Shown: positions 20,800 to 32,529 of the stretch, piece after piece
Layout: every line of letters starts with the position of its first letter
How positions within the stretch are numbered: the stretch's first letter is position 1
Assembly (NCBI GenBank): GCA_001275005.1
Contig: JWZX01003159.1
Span: 1-46,225, forward strand
Direction: 5' to 3'
From: Chrysochromulina tobinii
Lineage: Eukaryota
DNA length: 46,225 nt
Notes under the pieces: model-generated
Told to the model about the DNA's origin: nothing
What the model saw: the letters and a program-made list of their open reading frames with translations, nothing else
The model's database searches: none
Program-made: the position numbers and the translations under genes

Positions 20800-21071
20800 G
20801 ATTTGAGGCAAATCAGATGCGCACCAAGCGCCGCCGCTTTCGGGTATCGATAACACATTTTGACGTTTTTGGGCAACGGCAATGTTTGTGCAACACGTCC
20901 ACGCTACAAGTATGAGAGGCCCGCTCCATGTAGAATACGGTGCGCCATTTGATTTCGCGCTTACCGCGGGGTGAAAACCACGCGCCCCCGTTCCAAATTC
21001 GGTAGGAAAAAGTTCTCTGCCGTCTCATTGGCCGAAGTGGTCGGGTCGTGGTCTGCGACGCTGTGGGCCAA

Positions 21072-24000
21072 ATGAGGCGACCCTGCGTGCTCGTGTGGCT
21101 CGTGCTCCTCGGCCCAGCAGCTTCTCGTAAGCCGCCACCACCGCATGCGCACCTCGCTCAAAAGAGACGTCGCCAAATGTGAACCAGCGCCCATGCCTTT
21201 CAATCGCGTGCGCAGAGAGTATCTCACACCCAACCATAGGAAGTGTTTCGTCTCAGAATGCAATCGCCGCTACGGGCGCATTCTCCTTCTTAACTGCTCC
21301 AAACACCGACGGCGCGCCCTACGGCTTCCGCCTGATGCTTACTCAGCATTCTCCCAACTATTCAGTCCTTCGGAACGAGAGTATCCTGACGAGTGGCGTG
21401 GCAGCGAACGTGCAGACTGAGATCAGCTACACCCTAGGTGTGCGCCCCGCATATCGCGATGAAATTTATCTTGTTGCATCACGCTCGTGCACCTATGCAC
21501 TTACGAAGGTGTGGGTCGCGTCGCTTGAGCTTGTATCATGTTGACCCCCGCTCGTCCCCGCTTTTCCCTCCGCGCAGCCAACGGTGCAACGGCAGAGGTC
21601 CGGGTGGCGTCTCTCAATTCTGACGGCCGGGCCGTTGGAGGGCCTGGGCTTCGCATCGACCCTGACGATGCCAGCCATTGCGCCGGCGAAGATCGCCGAC
21701 CTGACGATCGTTCAGCCCCCCAATGACGGCCGTCATGTGATGTTCCGATTTTCGGTACCGGCGTCGCGCGGCTCCAACATCACGCATCTTATCATCCGTC
21801 GCAACAACGCCTCGGCTCCGATGACGGCTCCTCTGGTTGCCCCTGGGCACGACTACATCATAATGTGCCCCTTCCAGGTCGGAGCGCTCGCCCAAATCAG
21901 TTGCGCGAGCATCGCTCAGAGTGCGAGCAGCACCACCGCCACGGCTGCCGAGGCCATCTGCTACCCGGCGCCCACGTGCGAGCCCGGGCGAATGATGACG
22001 GCGACCGTCGGCTCCAACCTCTTCCCGGGCAACGCGTGGTACATCATGCCCACGTTGCAATACAGCTGGAGCGCCATTGCCCTCAACGGCATCAACGCCG
22101 GTTGCAACTCGGACGACGGACTCTATGGCAGCTGCGATGGTGGATCAGGGGCATGGGGCTGGAGCCACGGTCCTGGCGCGCTGATGCACACCCAACCGAT
22201 TGCCTCCCCTGACCGCGCGCCGCTCGGAGCGGTGGGCACACCGAACCAGACGCAGCTAGCACTGAGCTGGAGCGCACCCGTGAGCAATGGTGCCGCAGTC
22301 TCTACGTACCGCCAGACATGCGAGGACCAGCCGGTCGGTAACTACCTGGTCAGCACGTGGCGGCAGGCCGACACCGTCCAGCACACGCCAGCGAACACGC
22401 TCTCGGCCACCATGATGGGCCTGACGCCAGGGACGACGTACCTTTGCCGCGTCGGCTCGAACAACACGGCCGGCGGCTTCTTCACCTCCCACGATGCAAC
22501 GTTCCAGCCGCCGCAGAGCACGCAGCGCGCCCTGCCCGACCCGGTCGTGAATAGCACGATGGCGTGCATCACCAACTACGACTTCATCTACGCTGGCACG
22601 GGCCAGGCGCCGGACGGCGGCCTTGTCGAGGGTAACGCTGCCTCGGGCGGCCAGACCGGCAGTCCCGCCATGACTGTCACTGTCAGATGGACAGTGCCAC
22701 GGCCGAATGATGCCCTACTCAACGCGCAGGGTCCGAATCTCGACTATATGCGTGGACCACTTGGAAGCACGGACTCGGTGTCCAGCCCTGCCGCCTTTTC
22801 ACGCGTCGGCTCGACACGGAGCGCCACAGCGCCTGCCGCCGTCTGCGACTCGTCGCTCACTGGTGCCAACGGCGCTTGCGACACGTCCTCGTTCATCCCG
22901 AGCCCAGTCTACCTGTACAGCAAGGCGTACCTCTTCCAAGTCATGCCATACGGCCAGTCATTTAACCCGCTCACCAGTCCGTGGGCGCCGCCGCATGCAG
23001 TGCCTGTCGCGCGGCTCACTTGCACGACGGGCAACTTCCGCCCGTACGCGCCCATTGTGAGCATTTTGGGTGTGCTCGACCGTAAGGTCACGATCTCTTT
23101 CACGACGCCCGCGAGCAACGGCCAGGCAGTCTCTAGCTACATCTACCAGCTCTGTGCTGGCTGGGACTGCGCTGTGACGGTAAAGGCGATCACGGCCCAA
23201 GCGCCTGCGCCGGGCATCACTACCAGCTCGTGGATCCACCGCCGCGTTATGTGCGACGGCGGCAGCACGCTGTACCGCACCTGGACAGATGGTTGCAACA
23301 TTCCGGCGAACCAGACGTTCACCATCGACCTGGTAACTGACAGCGGGCCGCACGGCAGCATGCTGGAGCCCAATGTGAACTATTCGCTCATCGTGCGAGC
23401 AGAGAATGGAGGCGCGGGCGGCGGACCTACCCTAGCCATTGGCGGCGGTACTCGCACCACCTTCGGCACTGGCTTCCCGAGCAAGCGCGTGACATTTACG
23501 ACCCAGTCGGTGCCGAGCACTCCAATTGCGATCAATACTACCTCACGCTCGATCAAGTGGTCGTGGCTCACATACTCGGGCGCGAACAATGGCTATTTCG
23601 TGACGCTCGAGACCCGCAACCAGACTGGTGGCGTGGTGACCTTCGTACAGGCAGCCACCGGGCTCACAACTACGTTCATGGGACTCACGCCAAGCATGGT
23701 GGTTACCTGCCGCGTGCAGGCACGCGTCGGTGCCCAGACCACGGGCTACAGCTTCCCCAGTAACGCCACGACGCTCGCCGAAGCGCCCGACGCGCCCACG
23801 GCCGCGCCCACTTACACCGACTTGCGCACTACCAACGCAACTGTCTCGTGGCTCGTGGCGCACGACAACGGCCTGCCGCTGACCAACTACACGCTCGAGC
23901 TCACGACGAGCACCAGCTACGCTGAGACATTCCGAACGGTGGTGCCCGCGTGGCAGACTAGCTTTCAGCTCCATGGTCTCATGGCAAACGTACCGTACTT

Positions 24001-27000
24001 GCTCAAGGTGTCCGCCTCGAACATACTCGGTCAGGGTCCGTTCTCGGCACCAATGAACGTCATGCCGTGCGACGCGGCACCCCGCGCGCCGCAGCCACCC
24101 ACGAAGTTGAGCGCAACAAACGCGAGCCTGGCTGTTTTATTTGGCCCTCCGCGGCTCTTCATCGCTGCCGTGCCCGCGGGAACTGCGTACACGCTTGGGG
24201 CCCCGATCACTAACTGGCGCATCCAGTACCGCAACCTGGACGTCCAGTCGGCGCCCGTCACTTTCACGCTCGGCACGGCAGGCACCACCGCTGAGGTCTT
24301 AGGTCTCGAGCCGGGCCGCCCGTACCAGCTCCGCATCGCCGCGTATAACAGCGTGCTGCGCCAGCCGGGTACGCGCTGCCCTCCCGCGAGCGACACCGAT
24401 GGCGATGGCTGGGGCCCGTACAGCGAGTGGTCGGCTGTGATGAGCCCCAACTACACGCCACCAATGGCGCCCGAAGCGGTCGTGCTCAACGAGGCGCAAG
24501 GGTACATCCTACGCGTTGGCTGGTTAGCCAACTTCGACAACGGGGACAACATCACAAGCTACACCGTGTACACGAACGCTATGGCCACTCCCTTTGTGCT
24601 CGACCGCCAGTCGCCAAACCTGATCTCACTCGCGGCCATGCTCGACATCGAGGGTTTGGTGCCTACAGGCTGGTCAGTGCCCGCCGTCGTCAGCCAGGTC
24701 CAGTACAGCAACCTGATCCCGAACACACCCTACTGGTTCCAGGTGAGTGCGCGGAACTCAGCTGGTGATTCTCCGCGCTCGCCCCTCATCTACTTGAACA
24801 CGAGCGTGTGGGTGCCTGAGCGCATTGAGTTCGATCAACTCTCAGCTCCTTCGCGGACGGACGCGTCGATCGCCGTCCGGTGGGTGTCGCCACGCGATAA
24901 TGGCATGCCCATCCAGCACTATGAGCTGCGCATGCGCTGCACCTCGCAGAGCGTCTCGGCCAACCCGGGTCCGGGCGCCACGTGCCCGTACGCGGACGCC
25001 AACAACCCGAGCGCGGCGCTCGGCGGTGGGAGGCTCATCAACGCGGCGATCCAAGGCAACGTATTTGTGGTGACCGGCTTGCAGCAGGCGCTTAGTTACG
25101 AGTTCTCCGTGCGCGCGTACAATGCGCTCACCAACGGTCTTGTGGGCGGACCTAATGGCTGGTCGCCCTACTCGCTGTGGGTGCCCTTCTCGACGTCGTC
25201 CACGCCGCCGGCGCCGCCGCCGCCGGATGTTCCCGAGCCACCGAACCTAGCCGCGGCGCGGGTGTACAACCAGACGACGAGCGGCTTCATCGTCGAGTTC
25301 CCCGTGGCCGAGGCCAACGGCGGCACGCTGTCCAACTACAGTGTCACGGTCGTCTACTCAACAGCGCCGAACGCGAACCCAAATCGCCGCCAGCTAAGCA
25401 TCTCAACCGTCACACATACGATGGCCGCCTCGAGCTCGCCCAGTGCGAGCTTCACCAGCCTCCCCTCTGGCGCCAACTGCACCATCAGCGTCCAGGCTCA
25501 GAACGAGTTTGGCTGGTCGGTCCCGGCCACATTCGCAGACATGTACTTCACGCTCGCGCGCCCGCGCGCGGGCAACGCGCCGCGCATCATCGACCAACCA
25601 CTTCCGGGATTGCCGCGCAGCTCGACGCTGCACGTGGTTTGGGACCCGCCCTTTGCCTACGGCTCCGTTATCACGAGCTACACGCTCATAGTCGACGGCG
25701 TGCCGAGGACGTTGCCAGTCCACCCAAACAACCTCGGGGGCTCGTCACAGTTTGTGTACGCGGGGCTCGATCCGGGTACGCGCCACAACTTCTCGGTGGC
25801 AGCTACTAATGAGTGCTGTGGCAAGGGAGCCTTCTCGGCAACTGTATTGTTTGAGACGAGCGAAGCGCCGCCCGAGGCGCCGCCCCTGCCGACAGTCGAG
25901 TGCTTCGAGACGCCCCAGATCAGCTGCCTCATCACGCTGCATGAGACTGCCGTGCCCGGCATCTTCGACGCCGGTTCGCTCGTCTATCAGCTGGAGGAGA
26001 CGACCTCATCGACTGGGACGCTCGCCTACAGGACCAACGTGACCGTGGGCAATCCGAACTGCGCCGACTCGACGCCCGCCCTCGACGCCGTGCGGCTGGC
26101 CTGCCATCCGCCGTGTTCGCGAGACGACGCTCAATTACTTCTACCGCGTGCGGGCGCTCAATGTACACGGCTGGTCCCTCTGGTCGCCCACGGCTACCGT
26201 CCAGAACTCGCTCGTCGGCCGCCCGCCCGAGCCCACCGGCGTGGTGGTCTCCCAGCTCTCGGCGCGCGGCCTCACCGCAACCTTTGCCGTCGATGACGCT
26301 GGCACGGGCACCTTGGCCAACAGCTCGTTCACCATCTCCGTGGTCACGACGCTTGTGGGCTCTGTCGTTGTCGGCGGCCGTTTCGTATTCACGAGCGGCC
26401 AGCTGCCCCTCTCGAACACCGCCTACTGCACGCGCGTGGGCACGGGCTTTCAGTGCACGTACGTCATTGCCGAGGGGCGGCTCTCTCCAGACACAATGTA
26501 TTTGGTGCAAGCGATCACGACCAACTCATTCGGCTCATCAGGCATGGGATTGACCACCAATACGACGCTCCGTGCGCCGCCAGACGCGCCCTCCGACCTG
26601 CGTGTGACCAACGTCACCGGCTCAGTGATCCAGTACGAGTGGACGGCTCCCGTCCGACCGGAGGATGGGCTAGCCAACGGCTACCCGCTCGCTGGATATC
26701 TGATCTTGCTCGTGGGAACCCCGTACACGGGTGCACCACCGACGGTGATCAGGCAGCTGCTCGGCCCGAGCGGCGCGGTGTTGAGGACCCTCGGTCACTC
26801 TGAATCCCTGGCCGATGGGTGCACGGTGCTGCTTAACATGGCGCCCGCGCTGCCGAACGCGACCGTAAGCTCGTCGCTCAGGTACACGGCGACTGGGCTG
26901 CCCGACTCAACACCCTTCCGTGCCGACGTCTTCGGGTGCAACGCGATGGGCCCATCGAGCTCATCTGCATGCGCGAGCTTCGTTGCTTCTGCCGGCTGTG

Positions 27001-28469
27001 ACTCGACGATGCAGCCGCCATCGCACACGACGGGTGTCCCGCCGCAGCCGTCACGCGTCATCAGCCTCGAGGATCCCTCTCTCGAGGGGCTCCGGATCCA
27101 CTCGCTCTTCTTGCGGTGGAACCTGCCGTTTGCATGGCACAATCCCGACCCTACCTCGTCCGCTCTGCTGACCAACGGCTATCCGATCCTCGAAACGCAG
27201 CTTTGCCTGAACGGCGCGGCGCCCATCTCATTGATGCCCGATGTGACCGCGTACAACACGACCGGCCAGTTGCCGCCCGCTACGCAGTTTTCGGCAGTGT
27301 TACGATGGCGCAACGAGCGCGGCTGGGGCGCGTGGTCGAACGTTGCGTGGATGACGACGCTGCCCACGGTCCCCGAGCGGCCGCCCGCACCCGCGTGCGG
27401 CGGCCAGGCGCCCGATGGCTCGATCACGACGACCGCCGAGCGGCTTGTGGTCAACGTGGGCAAGACCAGCTCGACCAACGGCCAGCCGATCCTCCAGTAC
27501 GAGGTGCGTCTCGTGCTCGCCTCATCGACCTACGCGGGCGTCGTTGTGTTCAACGAGACCCTCTGGCACGAGGAGACGCCGCCGGCCCTGTCTTCGTTTG
27601 CGCGTGGCCGCGTCTTCGGGCTCGTCTCTAGCGACATGGCGCTGCCGCTCGAGATGGCGCTCGACGCGGGCGTCCACTTCCATGCGATGGCGCGCGCCGA
27701 GAACAATCTTGGGTGGTCGGGCTGGTCAGCATCGTCAGAGGCGTGCTCGGTGACCTCGAAGCAGTTCAACCCGCTCTGGATCTATCTCATCCTTGGGGCT
27801 GTGGTGCTCGCGCTGATACTGTGCATGTACTGCATTTACAAGTCCAATTTAGGCAAGATCCTCGCGCCCAATCTGCGCAAGCGCGAGAAGCGCGAGGTCA
27901 TCGGCGATTTCGTCTCGTCCGAGATGACACCAATGGAGGAGCAGGACCCCGAACTCGTGATCAACCCGATCTTCGTGCATAAGATGAAGCGCGAGCGCGA
28001 GAGGCAGCGCCACGCCAAGGTCCAAAAGGGGGGAACGGGCAAGAGCGGAGGCCTCGCGCGCCTGGGTCTCAACCTCACCGCGCAGCCCAAGGGCCCGGTG
28101 GACCCCAAGAAGCTTGACATGATGGGCGTCGACCGGTACCTCGAGCGCGACGAGGGGATCATCGACACCTCGAAGCAGCTCACGGTGCTCGAGCGCGAGG
28201 AGCAGCAAAGGAAGCTCCAAAAGGCAGGCAAGCACGCCGCCAACAAGTCGCAGTTGCATGCCGAGGACGGCAAGAAGCAGCAGCTCCAACGGGCGCGCGA
28301 CGACGCGCGTGCCGCCGGTCGCGCGGGCGGCGAGGCACGCGCCGCCCAGGAGATGGAAATGGCGAGGAACGAAAGATATGATCATATCGAGGCGTCGTAT
28401 GCCAGTCAGGGGCCAATAACAGCATGTCCATGTACACGACTGCCCTGTGAGGCCGACGAGCAGGCATGA
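21072..28469 (+). CDS. Giant single-pass membrane protein with many fibronectin type III domains, ~2400 aa; exons 21072-21126, 21216-21508, 21578-28469 with a frame break near 26075-26123
   Basis: Signal peptide MRRPCVLVWLVLLGPAAS; two GT-AG introns restore the frame; recurrent FN3 motifs (W.aP.sNG..i..Y, gL.P.t.Y...V.A.N..G...yS); TM LWIYLILGAVVLALILCMYCIY; cytoplasmic tail of ~210 aa. Confidence 0.85.
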
Positions 28470-28673
28470 GCCTTGTTAGACGGAGCGGAACGTGCACACG
28501 CGTTAGTTGCTACCGCATGAGGTGATCCATATATCATGTTATTTGTCAGACCAATTATAGCTACAACCATAGCTGCTACAGCCGTATACGCGCCCGCGGG
28601 CCCCTAACGTACGCCTACAGCTGAAAGGCTCCATGTAAGCATGGCACTTCCACTTGGTGCGGGTCCACACTCG

Positions 28674-30285
28674 TCAGGCAACGTTCTTGTCGGCTCGGCC
28701 CGTGAGCACGCGCATCACGGCTCCGGACAGGAAGTGCTCCAAGGTTGGCGTCGGTGCCGCACGTGCCTTGCCGAGGTCATCAAAGACGCGCAGCTCCGCC
28801 GCCGCAGCAGCATGTGGACGCCTGATGAATTCGTCTGCCTCCTCTGACGAGAGGACGCCGCCTTGCACCTCGAGAGAGCGCTTCGATGCGGGCGAGAGCG
28901 CCTCCCAGTACCCTGGCCGTGCTTGGCACAGGTAGCGCTTCGCGGGCACATGGAGCCGGACTGGGCCTGCGACCTCGTCTGGGAAGCGGCCCGCCAGGTA
29001 GGCAGCACCCGCAAGCTCATGCTGCTTGTCGTGGTCAAGGAATCCATCGTTGCCCATGTGCTCGTCGAGAACTGTGCGCACATGACAGGATCACGGGAGA
29101 GTAAGCGCATGCGCGCCACCGATAACTGCAAAATAAGGCCGGTGTGCGTCACGGGGCCAACAGATCAATTGGCTCGGGGTTTGGCGTGTGCGTGTGCGCG
29201 TGCGTCCGAGGCGCCAGCTCCCCACGCAAGTGGCCCACGTCGTGAAGCAGCGAGGCCGTCACGAGCATGTCACTCGCGCCCGCTCGCTCTGCCAGGGCAG
29301 CCGTCTGGAGAGCATGCTCCTCTTGCGTGACGACGGAATCGTACATCGTCTTCCCGTACGTCGCGAACATGGCACGCAACTCGTCGAGCACGTTGGGCGC
29401 TGCAGTGGGCGCTGCGTGTGCTTGCCCGTTGGCCAAGGCGCTCGCCTCGCCCGCCACTGTCACCTCTACTCTGGCCGTGATCGGCTGCTGATCAGGAACC
29501 TCCGGCGAACTCAGGGCCACTCCCTGAAAGTGCTTGATCAAGGAGAGCTGCCCCGACTTGAGTGCCGCGCGCTTGTGGCGGTAGTACTCATCCCTCAGGT
29601 AGCCTTCGCGCTGCGCATTGTATGTCAAATAAAGCAGGGCGCGTCGCTCGCCGGAGTGGTTGGGCCGAGAGCGATGAGGGATGTAAGAGGAGAAGACGGC
29701 GACATCGCCGGGCTCCATCTCGCAAGGAGTGAAGTCAAGGCTCGCCTCGGCCTCCTGTGACAAGATGCCGTCCTCGGTCAGCCCGATGAGGCCTTCACGG
29801 TGGCGGCCTGCCGCAAACTCGAGGCAACCATTTGCTACGGTCGCACGCTCGACAGCCACCAAGGCAGTCAAGTGTCTGCTAAGCTGCTTGTATGCCGGCG
29901 CGTCCTGATGCGCTGCGTAGCCAGCACCGCCTGGATACTTGTAATTGATCTTCTCCTTGTACAGAAAAACATCATCGCCCAGCAGCTGGCCAACCAGCGA
30001 AGGCAGCTTGCCAGCCATCAACCACCGGCCAAGCTGCGGAAGGTACGAGACGATATTTTCCGTGCGAGTTAGCCTCGCGCCATGCACCGTGTGCTCATAG
30101 TGATGCATCCACTTGCTCTCGTTTGACTGCGGCCACGCCCCGATCTCTTCGACCCATCGAGATAGCAGCGCGGCTTCGCTGGAGTTGAAGACGTTGCGGA
30201 TGTGCACATAGCCGTTCGCACTATAGAACGCCTTATCCTCCGCGATGGCGGCCGACCAAGAGAAAACTCCGAAAATGGCGGACAT
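28674..30285 (-). CDS. phnY-phnZ: PhnY*-PhnZ fusion: PhyH-family Fe(II)/2-oxoglutarate dioxygenase plus HD-domain diiron oxygenase, 485 aa; exons 30285-29226, 29071-28674
   Basis: N-domain KWMHHYE...RTEN...LYKEKINYKYPGGAGYAAHQDAPAY...NGCL...FSSYIPHRS..N.S...LTYN (HxD...H triad), closely matching recalled PhnY*. C-domain VTQEEHALQTA.LA...ASLLHDVGHL|LLD...HELAGA.YL..RF...V..PVRLHVPAKRYLC...LSPASKRSLEVQGG...LRVFDDLGK (PhnZ/TmpB-like). The 154-bp intron 29072-29225 joins them in frame. Confidence 0.88.
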
Positions 30286-30583
30286 CCCCGGCTACTTGTA
30301 TCGAGGCGCTGCCTGCTGCAGCTCAATCGCCATGCTCAATCGAGGGGCGAGTCCGCAAGGGTTTTGGACGAAACTCGAGCCTAGAATAGCACTACAGTAA
30401 ACTTTCAGAATCGGGACATCCCGTATAGAACACATCTCGTCTCTGTGTTTTCTTCACACTACTCGAATCGATTGCCCAAAACTTCTCCGGCCTTTGCTGC
30501 AGGCCTTTGCGTGTACAACGGCCTCCTAGCGGCCGGCTCCTCACGACTCTACACGCACAGCGCTCGTGCCGCATTTCAGGTCG

Positions 30584-31945
30584 ATGAGCTCCTTTGCCGA
30601 GTCGGATCTCTCCGTCATCTCCGGCCTCACCGAGGAGCTTGCTCGCCTGCGCGGCGCGGCTAGTGCCGCTGCAGCACCACCTCTCGACCATGAAGGCGGC
30701 GCTGATGGCGCGCAATCGAAGGCGGAACAAGAAGAGGAGGATGGGATTGAGGAGGCTCTCGAGCGCATGCAGTCCGAGATGGAGGCTGCTAAGGTGCGCG
30801 CCGTCGCAGGCGATCGTGCCGCGCTGCAGAAGCAGCTGGACGACCGCGACGGGCGAGCGCGCGAGGAGCGCGAGACCCTCCTCAGCTACATCGCGGAGCT
30901 CCGCTCCCGGGAGGATGAGGCGGGTGAAGCCATCCGGAGCGCGGACTTCGAGACCGACGTGGTCGAGCTGACGGACCGAGGGCGTCTGGAGCGTGCGAAT
31001 GAGGAGGCCCACGCTGATGGCCGCGCCACGAAAAGGTCGCAGGCTCCACTCGTCGCCAAGGTCATCCAGCACGTCAAGGACCCGAGTACGATGGACGCGC
31101 TTCTCGAGATGCAGCGACTCGATGAGGCGCTCGAGGTGACGGAGCGCCGGCAAGGCGAGACGCGCGGGACATTTCTGACCGAGGCGAGCGCCGGCACGCG
31201 CGCCACGTCAGCATCGGGTCGCCCACCGCCACCCGGAGCTACTTCGTCGCTGCCGCGCGGCAAGGCGCCAAAGTCACCGCCCAAGGCTCCTGCCGATTCT
31301 CTCGGGGAGTCGTTGAGTGCCCTGAACGCGGAGATCGGCCGGCTCAAGGGCATCGACACCAGCGCTGCTGCCGCGTCGACGCGCTCCAACTCCGAAGTCT
31401 CTGCGGGGCTCTCGCAGACAGAGGACGGCCGATTTACGGTCGGTGGCCGTCGGTGTGTTGGTGGTGTATGGATCACTGTAGCGGACGAGGCACGCATCGA
31501 GAGTCTGATGGGCGACAGTAGCGGCTCCGGTGACGATGACGACGACCTCCTCGGTCCAATGGGTGAGGGCTACCGGCCCGATCCAGAGGCTTGTGAGAGG
31601 CTGGCTGCGATTGACGCGGCGCTCGAGGAGCTTGGTGGTCAGCACGCCTTGACGAGCCTCGAGTTTGATCTGCGAGCAGCCGAGCCAACGAAGCCAGCTC
31701 TGGGGAGTGATTCGTCCTTGGCGACGATGCGAATGCAGCGCGCGGACGAGGCGGCACTCACGCGCATTCGTGACCGGCTCGCGGACTTGCATTCCACCCC
31801 TTCGACTCAACCGGTGCGTAGCTCGGCGGAGTCTCAACTCCTCGCCGAGCTACTGGCATCCGTTCGCCAGGAGGCTGAGCGTGCGCTCGACTTGGCGCTC
31901 GACTCTCGGCCGAGCACGGCACGCTCGCGGACGGACCTCAGCTGA
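30584..31945 (+). CDS. FSIP1-like (fibrous sheath-interacting protein 1 family) coiled-coil protein, 453 aa
   Basis: DP.TMDALLEMQRLDEAL, TVADEARIESLM, GEGYRPD....ERLAAIDAAL and LTRIRDRLADL resemble FSIP1-family blocks from memory; ATG 30584. Confidence 0.6.
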   Translation: MSSFAESDLSVISGLTEELARLRGAASAAAAPPLDHEGGADGAQSKAEQEEEDGIEEALERMQSEMEAAKVRAVAGDRAALQKQLDDRDGRAREERETLLSYIAELRSREDEAGEAIRSADFETDVVELTDRGRLERANEEAHADGRATKRSQAPLVAKVIQHVKDPSTMDALLEMQRLDEALEVTERRQGETRGTFLTEASAGTRATSASGRPPPPGATSSLPRGKAPKSPPKAPADSLGESLSALNAEIGRLKGIDTSAAAASTRSNSEVSAGLSQTEDGRFTVGGRRCVGGVWITVADEARIESLMGDSSGSGDDDDDLLGPMGEGYRPDPEACERLAAIDAALEELGGQHALTSLEFDLRAAEPTKPALGSDSSLATMRMQRADEAALTRIRDRLADLHSTPSTQPVRSSAESQLLAELLASVRQEAERALDLALDSRPSTARSRTDLS

Positions 31946-32529
31946 TGAGATAACTCATCAGGCTGCGGCGATCGCGGCTCGGTCGTGCACGCGAAGTTCC
32001 ATGGCTATCCCGCGCACCAGTTGGCCGTTCCGCGCGCCAGCCAGCAGACACCGGGGAGCGGGGTTGGGGCTTGGGGGACAGCGGCTAGACAGCGGCTAGG
32101 CAGCGGCACGATAGAGGCCGGCGGGCATGCCGGCGAGCCGGCGAGCGGCGACTCTTGCCTTCCACGGCTATCCACGGCCTGCTGTATCCATACTACGTTG
32201 AAGGACTAGGTAAGGCGACGGAGGTCCGGTCGGAGCGCTGCGGACTGCGCGCTCATCACGACGGGATGAAGGAGAGACCTGTTGACCTCATTTGATCACT
32301 GAGCAGTCGTACAGTACGTGCTGGAACATTTCAGAACACCCTCAGTGCTTTGGGAAAATGTCCAGATTTCCCAATAAGCGCCGCTCCATAGGAGCACGAT
32401 GTGTGCACGACCTGACAGTTCGTGAGAAAAAAAGGGTTCACACTGCGCCTCCTGCGCCGCAGCCGTCTTGTGTCTGTGCAGCGAAGGAGCGTCAGAAGCG
32501 CAGTCTCGCACGGGCTCCCTCGCTGCCCC

